A DNA stretch of 16,008 nt from Desulfobacterales bacterium (GCA_046483495.1 JAWODC010000010.1:1-16008); one strand, 5' to 3'; positions 7,733 to 15,444 are shown, counted from the stretch's first letter. Numbers and translations: made by a program. The notes: generated by a model not told the origin, from the letters alone.

Positions 7733-8371
7733 GGGTTATGGGTTATGGGTGAGGGGCTATAGGCGATGGGCTATGGGTGATGGGCGGGGTTGATCCCCGC
7801 CCGCTGACGCGGATTTTTTTTGACACGGATTACACGGATTACACGGTTAAAAACAGATGACCCCCTAATGATTTTGGTGAGCTATAAAATAAAGCACCGA
7901 TCCGTTTGTTGCACTTAAAGCCGTGAAATCCGTGTCTAAAAAAATTACCCGCGTCAGCGGCTTCGCCGCGCGATTAGACGCTGTTTCTATCTTTTGTTCA
8001 GGTTCAATATGAACTGCCTCCATAGCGGCGGGGTTGATCCCCGCCCGCTCTACTCGAAAAAACCGGCATTGGAACAGACATGAACCGGCGCAACATGTCC
8101 CCTTCACCCCTGGAGGGGGAAGGCCGGGATGGGGGGGATTAAGACCCGATCCGCCTAACTGTTCACCGTTCACCGTTCACTGTTCACCGTTCACTTCTTT
8201 TTGACACGGATTACACGGATTACACGGTTAAAAACAGATGACCCCCTAATGCTTTTTGGTAAGATATAAAATAAAGCACCGATCCGTTTATGCCTTTAAA
8301 ACCGTGAAATCTGTGTCTAAAAGAATAAGCCGCGTCAGCGGCTCCGCCGCGCGATTAGACGCTGTTTCTAT
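7733..8371. repeat. Large composite repeat: GGG(T/C)(T/G)AT heptamers, REP-like hairpin, module B, module A, TTCAC(C/T)G array, module B
   Basis: 7885-8352 aligns by eye, nearly end to end, with 13603-14065; 7801-7960 is bounded by CCGCTGACGCGG / CCGCGTCAGCGG. Confidence 0.92.
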
Positions 8372-8556
8372 TCCGCTCGGACAACCAGCTTGCAGCCCAC
8401 AGATCAACAGCCCAAAAAACACTTTCAAAAAAGTATGAATTCCGCTATTCAATAAGCTGTTCACTATTCCTGTTAAATGACAGATGAATTCCAATCCCAA
8501 CGATCCTAACAATCCCAACGATCCCAACGATCCCAAAAAATGAAAGAAGAACACCC

Positions 8557-9708
8557 ATGCCGACAGCCCTGATCACCGGCGTCACCGGCCAGGACGGCGC
8601 CTATTTAGCCGAGTTCCTTCTCGAAAAAGGCTACATCGTGCACGGCATCAAGCGGCGCGCGTCCCTTTTCAACACCAAGCGGGTGGACCACCTCTACCAG
8701 GACCTTCACGAGGAAAATCCCAGGTTCATCATGCATTACGGCGATTTGACCGATGCCACGAACCTCATTCGCATCATCCAGGAAACGCAGCCCGATGAAA
8801 TTTACAACCTGGCAGCGCAGAGCCACGTGAAGGTGTCCTTCGAGACCCCGGAGTATACGGCCGATACGGATGCAATCGGCACCCTCCGGCTGCTCGAGGC
8901 CGTGCGCATCCTCGGTATGGAAGAAAAAACCCGGTTTTACCAGGCTTCCACGTCCGAGCTCTACGGCAAGGTCCGGGAAATACCCCAGACGGAGAAGACG
9001 CCGTTCTATCCCCGTTCGCCGTACGCCTGCGCCAAGCTTTATGCCTACTGGATCGTGGTGAACTACCGCGAGGCCTACAACATGTATGCCTGCAACGGCA
9101 TCCTGTTCAACCATGAATCCCCGCTGCGGGGCGAGACGTTCGTCAGCCGGAAAATCACCCGGGCGGCCGCCCGTATCGCCTTAGGGCTCGAGAACCGTCT
9201 GTTTTTGGGAAACCTCGACGCCAAAAGGGATTGGGGGCACGCCCGCGACTTCGTCAAGGCCCAATGGCTGATGCTGCAGCAGGAAGCGCCGGACGACTAT
9301 GTCATCGCCACCGGCGAACAGCACTCCGTTCGGGAGTTCTGCGAGCTCGCCTTTAAGGAGGTGGGGATCGATCTCGCCTGGGAAGGGCAGGGGGTCAACG
9401 AAAAAGCCGTCGCCCGTGCGTTTGCCCCCACGCCGGTGATGGCGAAATATGAAGCCTTCTACAGGGACCGGAAACCCTTCAACGACCCGGTAGTGCTGAT
9501 CGATCCGCTGTACTTCCGGCCGACCGAGGTGGAGACCCTGCTGGGAGACTGCAGCAAGGCCGGGGCGCAATTGGGTTGGCGGCCGGAGACGAGCTTTTCC
9601 GGGATGATTCGGGAGATGATCGTCGCCGACCTGGCTGAAGCGGCTATGGAGGTTACCTGCGCGAGGAATGGGTTTGTGGTTCGGGATAGCTTCGAGGCTC
9701 AGATGTGA
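8557..9708 (+). CDS. gmd: GDP-mannose 4,6-dehydratase
   Basis: [77 protein letters not shown]. Confidence 0.97.
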   Translation: MPTALITGVTGQDGAYLAEFLLEKGYIVHGIKRRASLFNTKRVDHLYQDLHEENPRFIMHYGDLTDATNLIRIIQETQPDEIYNLAAQSHVKVSFETPEYTADTDAIGTLRLLEAVRILGMEEKTRFYQASTSELYGKVREIPQTEKTPFYPRSPYACAKLYAYWIVVNYREAYNMYACNGILFNHESPLRGETFVSRKITRAAARIALGLENRLFLGNLDAKRDWGHARDFVKAQWLMLQQEAPDDYVIATGEQHSVREFCELAFKEVGIDLAWEGQGVNEKAVARAFAPTPVMAKYEAFYRDRKPFNDPVVLIDPLYFRPTEVETLLGDCSKAGAQLGWRPETSFSGMIREMIVADLAEAAMEVTCARNGFVVRDSFEAQM

Positions 9709-9773
9709 TTGGCCGCGGACCCACACGGACGCACACAGGCAAATAAAGAAAAGAATAGGTTATGGGTGAGGGG

Positions 9774-9896
9774 TCGAAAAAACCGGCATTGGAACCAATA
9801 CCAACCGTCGCAACATGTCCACTTCACCCCTGGAGGGGGAAGGCCGGGATGGGGGGGGATTAAGACCCGATCCGCCTAGTGTTCACTGTTCACTGT
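9774..9896. repeat. Module A copy (lacking the REP-like hairpin) plus TTCACTG units
   Basis: TCGAAAAAACCGGCATTGGAAC...CTTCACCCCTGGAGGGGGAAGGCCGGGATGGGG...TAAGACCCGATCCGC. Confidence 0.9.
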
Positions 9897-9918
9897 AGTT
9901 CCACAAACGATAAACACC

Positions 9919-9952
9919 TTGACCACCAAAAAAATGGATATTAAAATGGTCA
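9919..9952 (+). promoter_or_regulatory. Sigma70-type promoter with overlapping inverted repeat (likely TA autoregulatory operator)
   Basis: TTGACC (9919-9924), 17 bp, TAAAAT (9942-9947); inverted repeat TGACCA (9920-9925) / TGGTCA (9947-9952). Confidence 0.6.
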
Positions 9953-9975
9953 TAATAATTCTATAAGGAAGAGCC

Positions 9976-10245
9976 ATGAACGATATCCAAAAGATCATGC
10001 CGGTGACAAAGGCCAAACGAGGGCTTCTCGATATCCTCAAAACAATGCAGGAAGACAACTCGACCATCATGCTGACGCGAAACGGGGAAGCTGTCGGGGT
10101 GATGATGACGCCCGAGCGGTACGAGGCGCTGTTCGAGACCATCGAAATTTTAGCGGATAAAAAGGTGCTCGATGCGCTCGCATCCTCCACCGACGATTTC
10201 AAAAAGGGAAGGGTTTATTCGGATGCCGAGGTATGGGACGAATGA
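9976..10245 (+). CDS. Phd/YefM family antitoxin
   Basis: 89 aa; IMPVTKAKRGLLDILK...IMLTRNGEAVGVMMTPERYEALFETIEIL, acidic C-terminus; RBS AAGGA; ATGA overlap with the downstream toxin. Confidence 0.88.
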   Translation: MNDIQKIMPVTKAKRGLLDILKTMQEDNSTIMLTRNGEAVGVMMTPERYEALFETIEILADKKVLDALASSTDDFKKGRVYSDAEVWDE

Positions 10246-10526
10246 GGGGGTATCGTCTCCTGTATTCGAAAACCACCCGCAGGCTGATCGCTGCATTGCA
10301 TCCGGAAATCAAAGCCATTGTACGCTCGAGGCTCGATGGACTGAAAAAAGAGCCGTTTACCGGCAAGCGGCTGGTGCGGGAGTTGGCCGGTTATCGCTCG
10401 CTTCGGGCCGGAAGATACCGAATTATTTACAAGGTGAATGAAGCAAAAAAGGCCATAGAGGTCCACTATGTGGGGCATCGTAGAGACATTTACGAAATCT
10501 TGGCCGAACGGCCTGATTCGCCTTAA
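10242..10526 (+). CDS. RelE/ParE superfamily (RelE/StbE-type) toxin
   Basis: Basic 94-aa protein with GKRLVRELAGYRSLRAGRYRIIYKV and VGHRRDIYE; start taken at the ATGA overlap (10242). Confidence 0.88.
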   Translation: MRGYRLLYSKTTRRLIAALHPEIKAIVRSRLDGLKKEPFTGKRLVRELAGYRSLRAGRYRIIYKVNEAKKAIEVHYVGHRRDIYEILAERPDSP

Positions 10527-10548
10527 TGGACAATAGGCTATGGGCAGT

Positions 10549-10648
10549 AGCCTTTTACCGTAGTAAAATATAAAATAAAGCACCGATCCGTTTGTTTGCT
10601 TTTAAAGCAGTGAGATCCGTGTCTAAAAAATATCCGCGCCGGCGGCTA
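10549..10648. repeat. Module B right arm downstream of the RelE-like toxin
   Basis: AGCCTTTT..C.TAGTAAAATATAAAATAAAGCACCGATCCGTTT...ATCCGTGTCTAAAAAA, also at ~12524 and 13581. Confidence 0.9.
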
Positions 10649-10729
10649 AAAATGCAGAATACCCAAACAGCCGGCCGATTCAAACCTAATCACCTAACCA
10701 CTTAACCACTTAATATCAAAGGAATCAAC

Positions 10730-12418
10730 ATGCAAAATCCGGATCCGAAACCGAACAAACCACAACCGACACCGGAAACCTCGACCTCCCCGGACGGCGG
10801 GATATTCCCCTTGCCCACCGAACCGGACTACATAAACGAAAACCAACGCCTGGAAAAACTCGTACAGGAACACCGCCGAATGGGCCGTCAAATCGTGGTC
10901 GTCATGGGGGTGGGCTTCGTAGGGGCGGTTATGGCCGGTGTGGTTGCGGACGCCGCAGACAAAGACACCGGCGAATCCCCGTACTTCGTCATCGGCATGC
11001 AGCGCCCCTCGCCGCGCTCGTACTGGAAGATTCCGTACCTCAACCGGGGCAGGGCGCCGGTGGAGGCAGAAGACCCCGAGGTGGTCCCGCTCATCGACCG
11101 CTGCGTCAACGACAAGAAGACCCTGACCGCCTCGTTTTCCTACGAGGCCCTGGCCCTGGCCGACATTGTAGTGGTGGACGTCCAGTGCGACTACCACAAG
11201 AACGCCTTAGGCGACGTGCGCGACGGCCACGCGGACATCAAGGCGCTGGAGGAAAGCCTGAAGGAAATCGGCAGCCGGATCGCCCCCGGGTGCCTGGTCC
11301 TAATCGAAACCACCGTGCCGCCGGGAACCACCGAGTACGTGGCCTATCCAATTATAAAGAAGGCCTTCGAGCAGCGCGGCCTCACCGGCGCGTCTCCTTG
11401 CCTGGCCCACAGCTTCGAGCGCGTCATGCCCGGCCGCAATTACGTGGCCTCCATCCGCGATTTCTGGCGGGTGTGCAGCGGCCTCACCGATGAAGCCCGG
11501 GACAAGGTGACGGCATTTTTGTCGAACATCCTGAATGTCGAGCAGTATCCGCTCACCGTGCTTGACCGGCCCATCGAGAGCGAAACCTGCAAGATCGTGG
11601 AAAACAGCTACCGGGCGGCGATACTGGCTTTTCTCCACGAGTGGAGCCTGTTCTCCGAGCGAAACGGCGTGGACCTGATCAAGGTCATCGACGCCATCAG
11701 GGTCCGCCCCACGCACAGCAACATCATCTTCCCGGGCCCGGGCATCGGCGGGTACTGCCTGCCCAAGGACGGCGGCCTGGGCGTATGGGCGTACCACACC
11801 CTGATGGCCTTCGAGGACGAAATCTTCAAGATCACCCCCGAGGCCATCGACATCAACGACACCCGCGCCCTGCACGTGGCCCGCCTCACCCGCGACGCCA
11901 TGCGCAACATGGGCCGCATCGTGGCCTCCTCCAAGATCACCCTGCTCGGCGCCTCGTACCGCCAGGATGTCGGCGACACCCGGTACTCCGGCTCCGAGCT
12001 CATCGTCCGCAAACTCACCGAAATGGGCGCCGTCATCACCGCCCACGACCCCTACGTCAAGCACTGGTGGGAATTCGAAAAGCAGGACACGTACCCGGCC
12101 CCGGGACACTCCTGGTCCCGCTTTTTCCGCAACCAGGCGGACCTGGCCCACCTGCACATGGAGCAGCATTTGGCCGAGGCGCTGAAGGGGACGGACGCCG
12201 TCATTCTCGCCGTCCCGCACAAGGACTACCTCGCACTCGATCCGGATGCCGTGTTCGCGATGATCGGGGGTGCTGCGGCCGTCGTGGATTGCTTCGGCAT
12301 TCTCACGGACGCTCAGATCGAGCGGTATTTCGAGCTGGGGTGTGAAGTGAAGGCTTTGGGGCGGGGGCATATTCAGCGGATTAAGGAGAAGGTCAGGACG
12401 AAAGATCGTGAATCGTGA
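10730..12418 (+). CDS. Nucleotide-sugar dehydrogenase (UDP-glucose/GDP-mannose/UDP-HexNAc 6-dehydrogenase family)
   Basis: Rossmann motif VVVMGVGFVG, ETTVPPGTT, ERVMPG, KIVENSYR, catalytic GPGIGGYCLPKD, LGASYRQDVGDTRYS; RBS AAAGGA at 10718-10723. Substrate cannot be determined from sequence. Confidence 0.9.
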   Translation: MQNPDPKPNKPQPTPETSTSPDGGIFPLPTEPDYINENQRLEKLVQEHRRMGRQIVVVMGVGFVGAVMAGVVADAADKDTGESPYFVIGMQRPSPRSYWKIPYLNRGRAPVEAEDPEVVPLIDRCVNDKKTLTASFSYEALALADIVVVDVQCDYHKNALGDVRDGHADIKALEESLKEIGSRIAPGCLVLIETTVPPGTTEYVAYPIIKKAFEQRGLTGASPCLAHSFERVMPGRNYVASIRDFWRVCSGLTDEARDKVTAFLSNILNVEQYPLTVLDRPIESETCKIVENSYRAAILAFLHEWSLFSERNGVDLIKVIDAIRVRPTHSNIIFPGPGIGGYCLPKDGGLGVWAYHTLMAFEDEIFKITPEAIDINDTRALHVARLTRDAMRNMGRIVASSKITLLGASYRQDVGDTRYSGSELIVRKLTEMGAVITAHDPYVKHWWEFEKQDTYPAPGHSWSRFFRNQADLAHLHMEQHLAEALKGTDAVILAVPHKDYLALDPDAVFAMIGGAAAVVDCFGILTDAQIERYFELGCEVKALGRGHIQRIKEKVRTKDRES

Positions 12419-12487
12419 ATCGGCGCTGGTTTTTTTATTAGCCACGGACACACACGGACGTACACGGACAAAGAGGTTATGGGTAAT

Positions 12488-12519
12488 AGGCTATGGGCGA
12501 TAGCCCATAGCCTTTCTTC
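12488..12519 (+). terminator. Possible intrinsic terminator built from two inverted heptamer-repeat units
   Basis: Perfect 11-bp stem AGGCTATGGGC / GCCCATAGCCT with GATA loop, followed by TTCTT, ~70 nt after the dehydrogenase stop. Confidence 0.45.
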
Positions 12520-12523
12520 CCAC

Positions 12524-12843
12524 AGCCTTTTTCCGCAGTAAAATATAAAATAAAGCACCGATCCGTTTATTGCTCTTAAAGCCGTGCAATCCTTGTCTAA
12601 AGAAAATTACCCGCGCCGGCGGCTTCGCCGTGCGCTGACGCGGATTTTTTTTGACACGGATTACACGGATTGCACGGTAAGGGCATTGGATCGGCTCTAT
12701 TTTAGATAAAAAAAATTTGACACGGATTTCCCCGGCGAAACACAAAAAAACAGGTTTCACAGGGCAGGCACGGATTGCACGGTTAAAAACAAAGAAAAAC
12801 GATAGAATAGTGTAGAATCCAAAAGTTTAAATGTTAAGAATGC
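12524..12843. repeat. Module B right arm followed by ~180-bp module C
   Basis: 12663-12843 is nearly identical to 15615-15794. Confidence 0.9.
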
Positions 12844-12891
12844 CCCTGGTTCCATTCAGGTGGCAACGACAGAACACCGACAACCATGCCC

Positions 12892-12934
12892 TTGACAACC
12901 GACCTCCAAAACGTATATATATCATGTATATACA
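12892..12934 (+). promoter_or_regulatory. vapBC promoter and operator
   Basis: TTGACA (12892-12897), TATATA-like -10 at 12914-12921, perfect palindrome TGTATATACA (12925-12934); RBS GGAGG follows. Confidence 0.6.
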
Positions 12935-12952
12935 ACAGTTCACGGAGGAAAT

Positions 12953-13183
12953 ATGAATACAGCGAAAATTTTCAAAAGCGGCAATTCCCAGGCGGTGCGG
13001 TTGCCGAAGGAATTCCAGTTCGATGTATCGGAAGTCCTGATCTTTCGAAGAGGCGATGAAGTGGTGCTGAAAAAGCGGCCCTCCAATCTTGCGCGCGTAT
13101 TCGAGCTGTTGACCGGGATGTCCGACGATTTCATGGAAGACGGTCGGCAGCAGCCCCCTGTGCAGGAAAGGGAATCCTTTTAA
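12953..13183 (+). CDS. vapB: VapB antitoxin (AbrB/SpoVT-type, VagC-like)
   Basis: MNTAKIFKSGNSQAVRLPKEFQF...RRGDEVVL...DFMEDGRQQPPVQERE; TAATG overlap with vapC. Confidence 0.92.
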   Translation: MNTAKIFKSGNSQAVRLPKEFQFDVSEVLIFRRGDEVVLKKRPSNLARVFELLTGMSDDFMEDGRQQPPVQERESF

Positions 13184-13578
13184 TGTTCATGCTGGACACC
13201 GACATTTGCATTTATATCATCAAGCAGAAGCCGAAAAGCGTATTGATGCGTTTTGAGAGGCTTGCGCCGGGCGAGCTTTCGATGTCGGCCATAACCTATG
13301 CAGAACTTATGAACGGCGCGAAGAAAAGCCGCCGGGCCGCGGAAAATATTGCAAGACTCGAGGAGATGGCCGAACTGATGAACATTCGACCCTTCGACAA
13401 AAATGCCGCGGTCGCCTACGGTGATATTCGTTCATCCCTCGAAAGAAAAGGCATGATCATCGGCAGCAACGATCTGCTGATCGCCGCGCATGCAGCAAGC
13501 TTGGATTGCACGCTCGTCACCAACAACGTCAAGGAGTTCAGCCGGGTGGACGGGCTTAAAATCGAGAACTGGACGTAG
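13183..13578 (+). CDS. vapC: VapC PIN-domain ribonuclease toxin
   Basis: MLDTDICIYII, SAITYAEL, IGSNDLLIAAHA, LVTNNVKEFSRVDGLKIENW. Confidence 0.94.
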   Translation: MFMLDTDICIYIIKQKPKSVLMRFERLAPGELSMSAITYAELMNGAKKSRRAAENIARLEEMAELMNIRPFDKNAAVAYGDIRSSLERKGMIIGSNDLLIAAHAASLDCTLVTNNVKEFSRVDGLKIENWT

Positions 13579-13580
13579 AC

Positions 13581-14065
13581 AGCCTTTTTCCATAGTAAAA
13601 TTTAAAATAAAGCACCGATCCGTTTATTGCCCTTAAAACCGTGGGATCCGTGTCTAAAAAAAAATATCCGCGTCAGCGGCTCCGCCGTGCGATTAGACGC
13701 TGTTTCTATCTTTTGTTCAGGTTAAATATGAACCGCCTCCGTAGGGACGTGGTTGACCCCCGCCCGCTCTACTCGAAAAAACCGGCATTGGAACAGACAT
13801 GAACCGGCGCAACATGTCCCCTTCACCCCTGGAGGGGGAAGGCCGGGATGGGGGGGATTAAGACCCGATCCGCTAACTGTTCACTGTTCACCGTTCACTG
13901 TTCACTTCTTTTTGACACGGATTACACGGATTACACGGTTAAAAACAGATGACCCCCTAATGATTTTTGGTGAGATATAAGATAAAGCACCGATCCGTTT
14001 ATTGGCTCTTAAAACCGTGGGATCCGTGTCTAAAAAAATTATCCGCGTCAGCGGCTCCGCCGTGC
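13581..14065. repeat. Second copy of the large composite repeat, between the two vapBC pairs
   Basis: Same module order and near-identical sequence as 7885-8352. Confidence 0.92.
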
Positions 14066-14106
14066 ATCGAAATTCAAACAGAAAAAAATTCGACCCCGAC
14101 ACCCGT

Positions 14107-14181
14107 ATATCCCATTGACATATCCCAAACCGCAATCTATATTACAAGAAAAACCAAACAAGGAAGCCGCCATGGGATATG
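14107..14181 (+). promoter_or_regulatory. Second vapBC promoter and repeated operator half-sites
   Basis: TTGACA (14115-14120), 17 bp, TATATT (14138-14143); ATATCCCA at 14107-14114 and 14120-14127, with its inverse TGGGATAT at 14173-14180 over the start codon. Confidence 0.6.
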
Positions 14182-14408
14182 CAAAAACAAAACTGTTTAA
14201 AAGCAACCGAAGCCAGGCTGTTCGCCTGCCCAAGGAAGTCGCATTTTCGGAATCGGTGAAGGATGTCGAAATCATTGCCGTCGGCGAAAAGCGCATCATT
14301 GCACCGGCCGGCCGATCCTGGGATGACTGGTTTGACGGGCCGGGGGTGTCCAGTGACTTTATGAGCGAGCGGTTGCAGCCCGAAGACCAGCATAGGGAGA
14401 CGTTCTAG
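14172..14408 (+). CDS. vapB: VapB antitoxin (AbrB/SpoVT-type, enterobacterial VapB-like)
   Basis: ATG at 14172 after RBS AAGGAAG; TKLFKSNRSQAVRLPKEVAF, WDDWFDGPGVSSDFMSER; TAGTG overlap with vapC. Confidence 0.92.
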   Translation: MGYAKTKLFKSNRSQAVRLPKEVAFSESVKDVEIIAVGEKRIIAPAGRSWDDWFDGPGVSSDFMSERLQPEDQHRETF

Positions 14409-14827
14409 TGCTGAAATACCTGCTGGATACCAACATGGTCATCTACACGATGAAAAACCGCCCCCCTGCGGTCAAAAGGCGGTTTAAGCAGAATCACGGC
14501 CGCATGGGCATTTCCGCAGTAACATTGGGAGAATTGATTTTCGGTGCAGAACATTCACAACAGGTGGAGCGAAATCTGGCCGACATCGAAGCCCTGGCGG
14601 CACGACTCGAGGTGTTGCCGTTCGATGAAAAGGCGGCGTATCACTTCGGTCGACTACGGGCTGTGCCGTACACGTCGGGAAACCCTATCGGGCCCTACGA
14701 CATGATGATCGCCGGTCATGCCAGGGCATGCGGTCTGATATTAGTCACCAACAATGTCAAGGAATTCGAACGTGTGCCGGGGTTGGTGATTGAAGATTGG
14801 AGTGAAACAATAGCCGGTAGTCTGTAG
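14408..14827 (+). CDS. vapC: VapC PIN-domain toxin (resembles the tRNA-fMet-cleaving enterobacterial VapC type)
   Basis: GTG start; MLKYLLDTNMVIYTMKNRP, ISAVTLGELIFGAE, PIGPYDMMIAGHARA, LVTNNVKEFERVPGL. Confidence 0.93.
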   Translation: MLKYLLDTNMVIYTMKNRPPAVKRRFKQNHGRMGISAVTLGELIFGAEHSQQVERNLADIEALAARLEVLPFDEKAAYHFGRLRAVPYTSGNPIGPYDMMIAGHARACGLILVTNNVKEFERVPGLVIEDWSETIAGSL

Positions 14828-14850
14828 GCGGTAGGCGGTGTGGCAGTGAT

Positions 14851-14952
14851 AAACGCCGGCGAATCAATATTCAACACCGATTGGTGTATGACGTGGATCC
14901 AATCCGGAAAATTGTCCACGTTCTCCGAATGTGGACCCATTATGAACAGTGA
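14851..14952 (+). pseudogene. 5'-truncated Txe/YoeB family toxin fragment
   Basis: Hand translation from 14851: KRRRINIQHRLVYDVDPIRKIVHVLRMWTHYEQ*, matching the Txe/YoeB C-terminal pattern SRRINIQHRLVY...VLRMWTHYE. An in-frame TAG lies at 14818-14820 and no start codon precedes the motif. Confidence 0.8.
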
Positions 14953-15198
14953 AAGAACGATCCGTTTCTTTACCCACCGACCACCGGCCATTTTTTTGTT
15001 TGCAAGAAAAAACGAATGTGATATAGGCACTACTTCGGTTCAGCAAGATCACCCGGTTCGGGTCGATTTACACCTTCAGTTTCCCATTTTGGTTTTATGA
15101 CGATCATCCAAAACGGGTAAATACCGGATTTACAGCCGGGCATCCTTATCCCCCCGGCCGAATCATTCCTGGATGGATGAACACGCGTTTGAGATTAT

Positions 15199-15444
15199 GT
15201 GGCCGGTAGTGACGATATGTTGAGTTTTACAGTAGCGGCAAGATTGTGTTCTTTCACCCTGGGCACGTTATGGCGATGGATCAGGCTTGGCGGGATGAAA
15301 CCCTGTTCATCCCCGGGCGGCCATCACACGTTTCAAATCGAAGACCTCATAAAGTCAATCCGGCATGGCGAAGTTCCTGCCGGCCCCGCTATTCACAAGC
15401 GAAATGTTTTTATCCCCATAATTTCGGGTTCCTCGAAACCATGA
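15199..15444 (+). CDS. Small excisionase/MerR-like helix-turn-helix protein, possibly a degenerate remnant
   Basis: LSFTVAARLCSFTLGTLWRWIRLGGMKPCSSPGGHHTFQIEDL resembles HTH_17 domains (xAAxxC...T.WRWI..G.L....TPGGH.R....DL); weak RBS, uncertain start (GTG 15199 or ATG 15217). Confidence 0.5.
   Translation: MAGSDDMLSFTVAARLCSFTLGTLWRWIRLGGMKPCSSPGGHHTFQIEDLIKSIRHGEVPAGPAIHKRNVFIPIISGSSKP

Noticed and set aside
3191..8160. Classical integron attC sites (GCCTAAC at ~3191 and ~8153; GTTAGGT/GTTAGAC elsewhere)
   Set aside because: No complementary RYYYAAC...GTTRRRY pair with L boxes at a suitable distance was found by eye, and no intI is in the window. IntegronFinder would settle it.
7865..8554. 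Short ORFs in repeat clusters (7865-8173, 8256-8438, 8288-8554; likewise 12373-12760, 13753-14200, 15410-15915)
   Set aside because: These are translations of the repeat modules in varying frames and strands, with no RBS or family motifs.
1287..12451. Long antisense or alternate-frame ORFs (e.g. 1287-2447, 3415-4197, 4884-5525, 11300-12451, 11641-12345)
   Set aside because: Shadows of well-supported GC-rich genes with no recognisable motifs.
14115..14171. Upstream TTG start for the second vapB
   Set aside because: That TTG is the -35 box (TTGACA). ATG 14172 has an RBS and gives a normal-length VapB.
14827..14834. RfaH ops element GGCGGTAG
   Set aside because: It arises from the GCGGTAG heptamer array, lacks JUMPstart context and lies downstream of the sugar genes.
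14840..15100. 86-aa ORF after vapC-2 and its antisense ORFs
   Set aside because: The recognisable signal (YoeB C-terminus) is in a different frame; these ORFs show no motifs.
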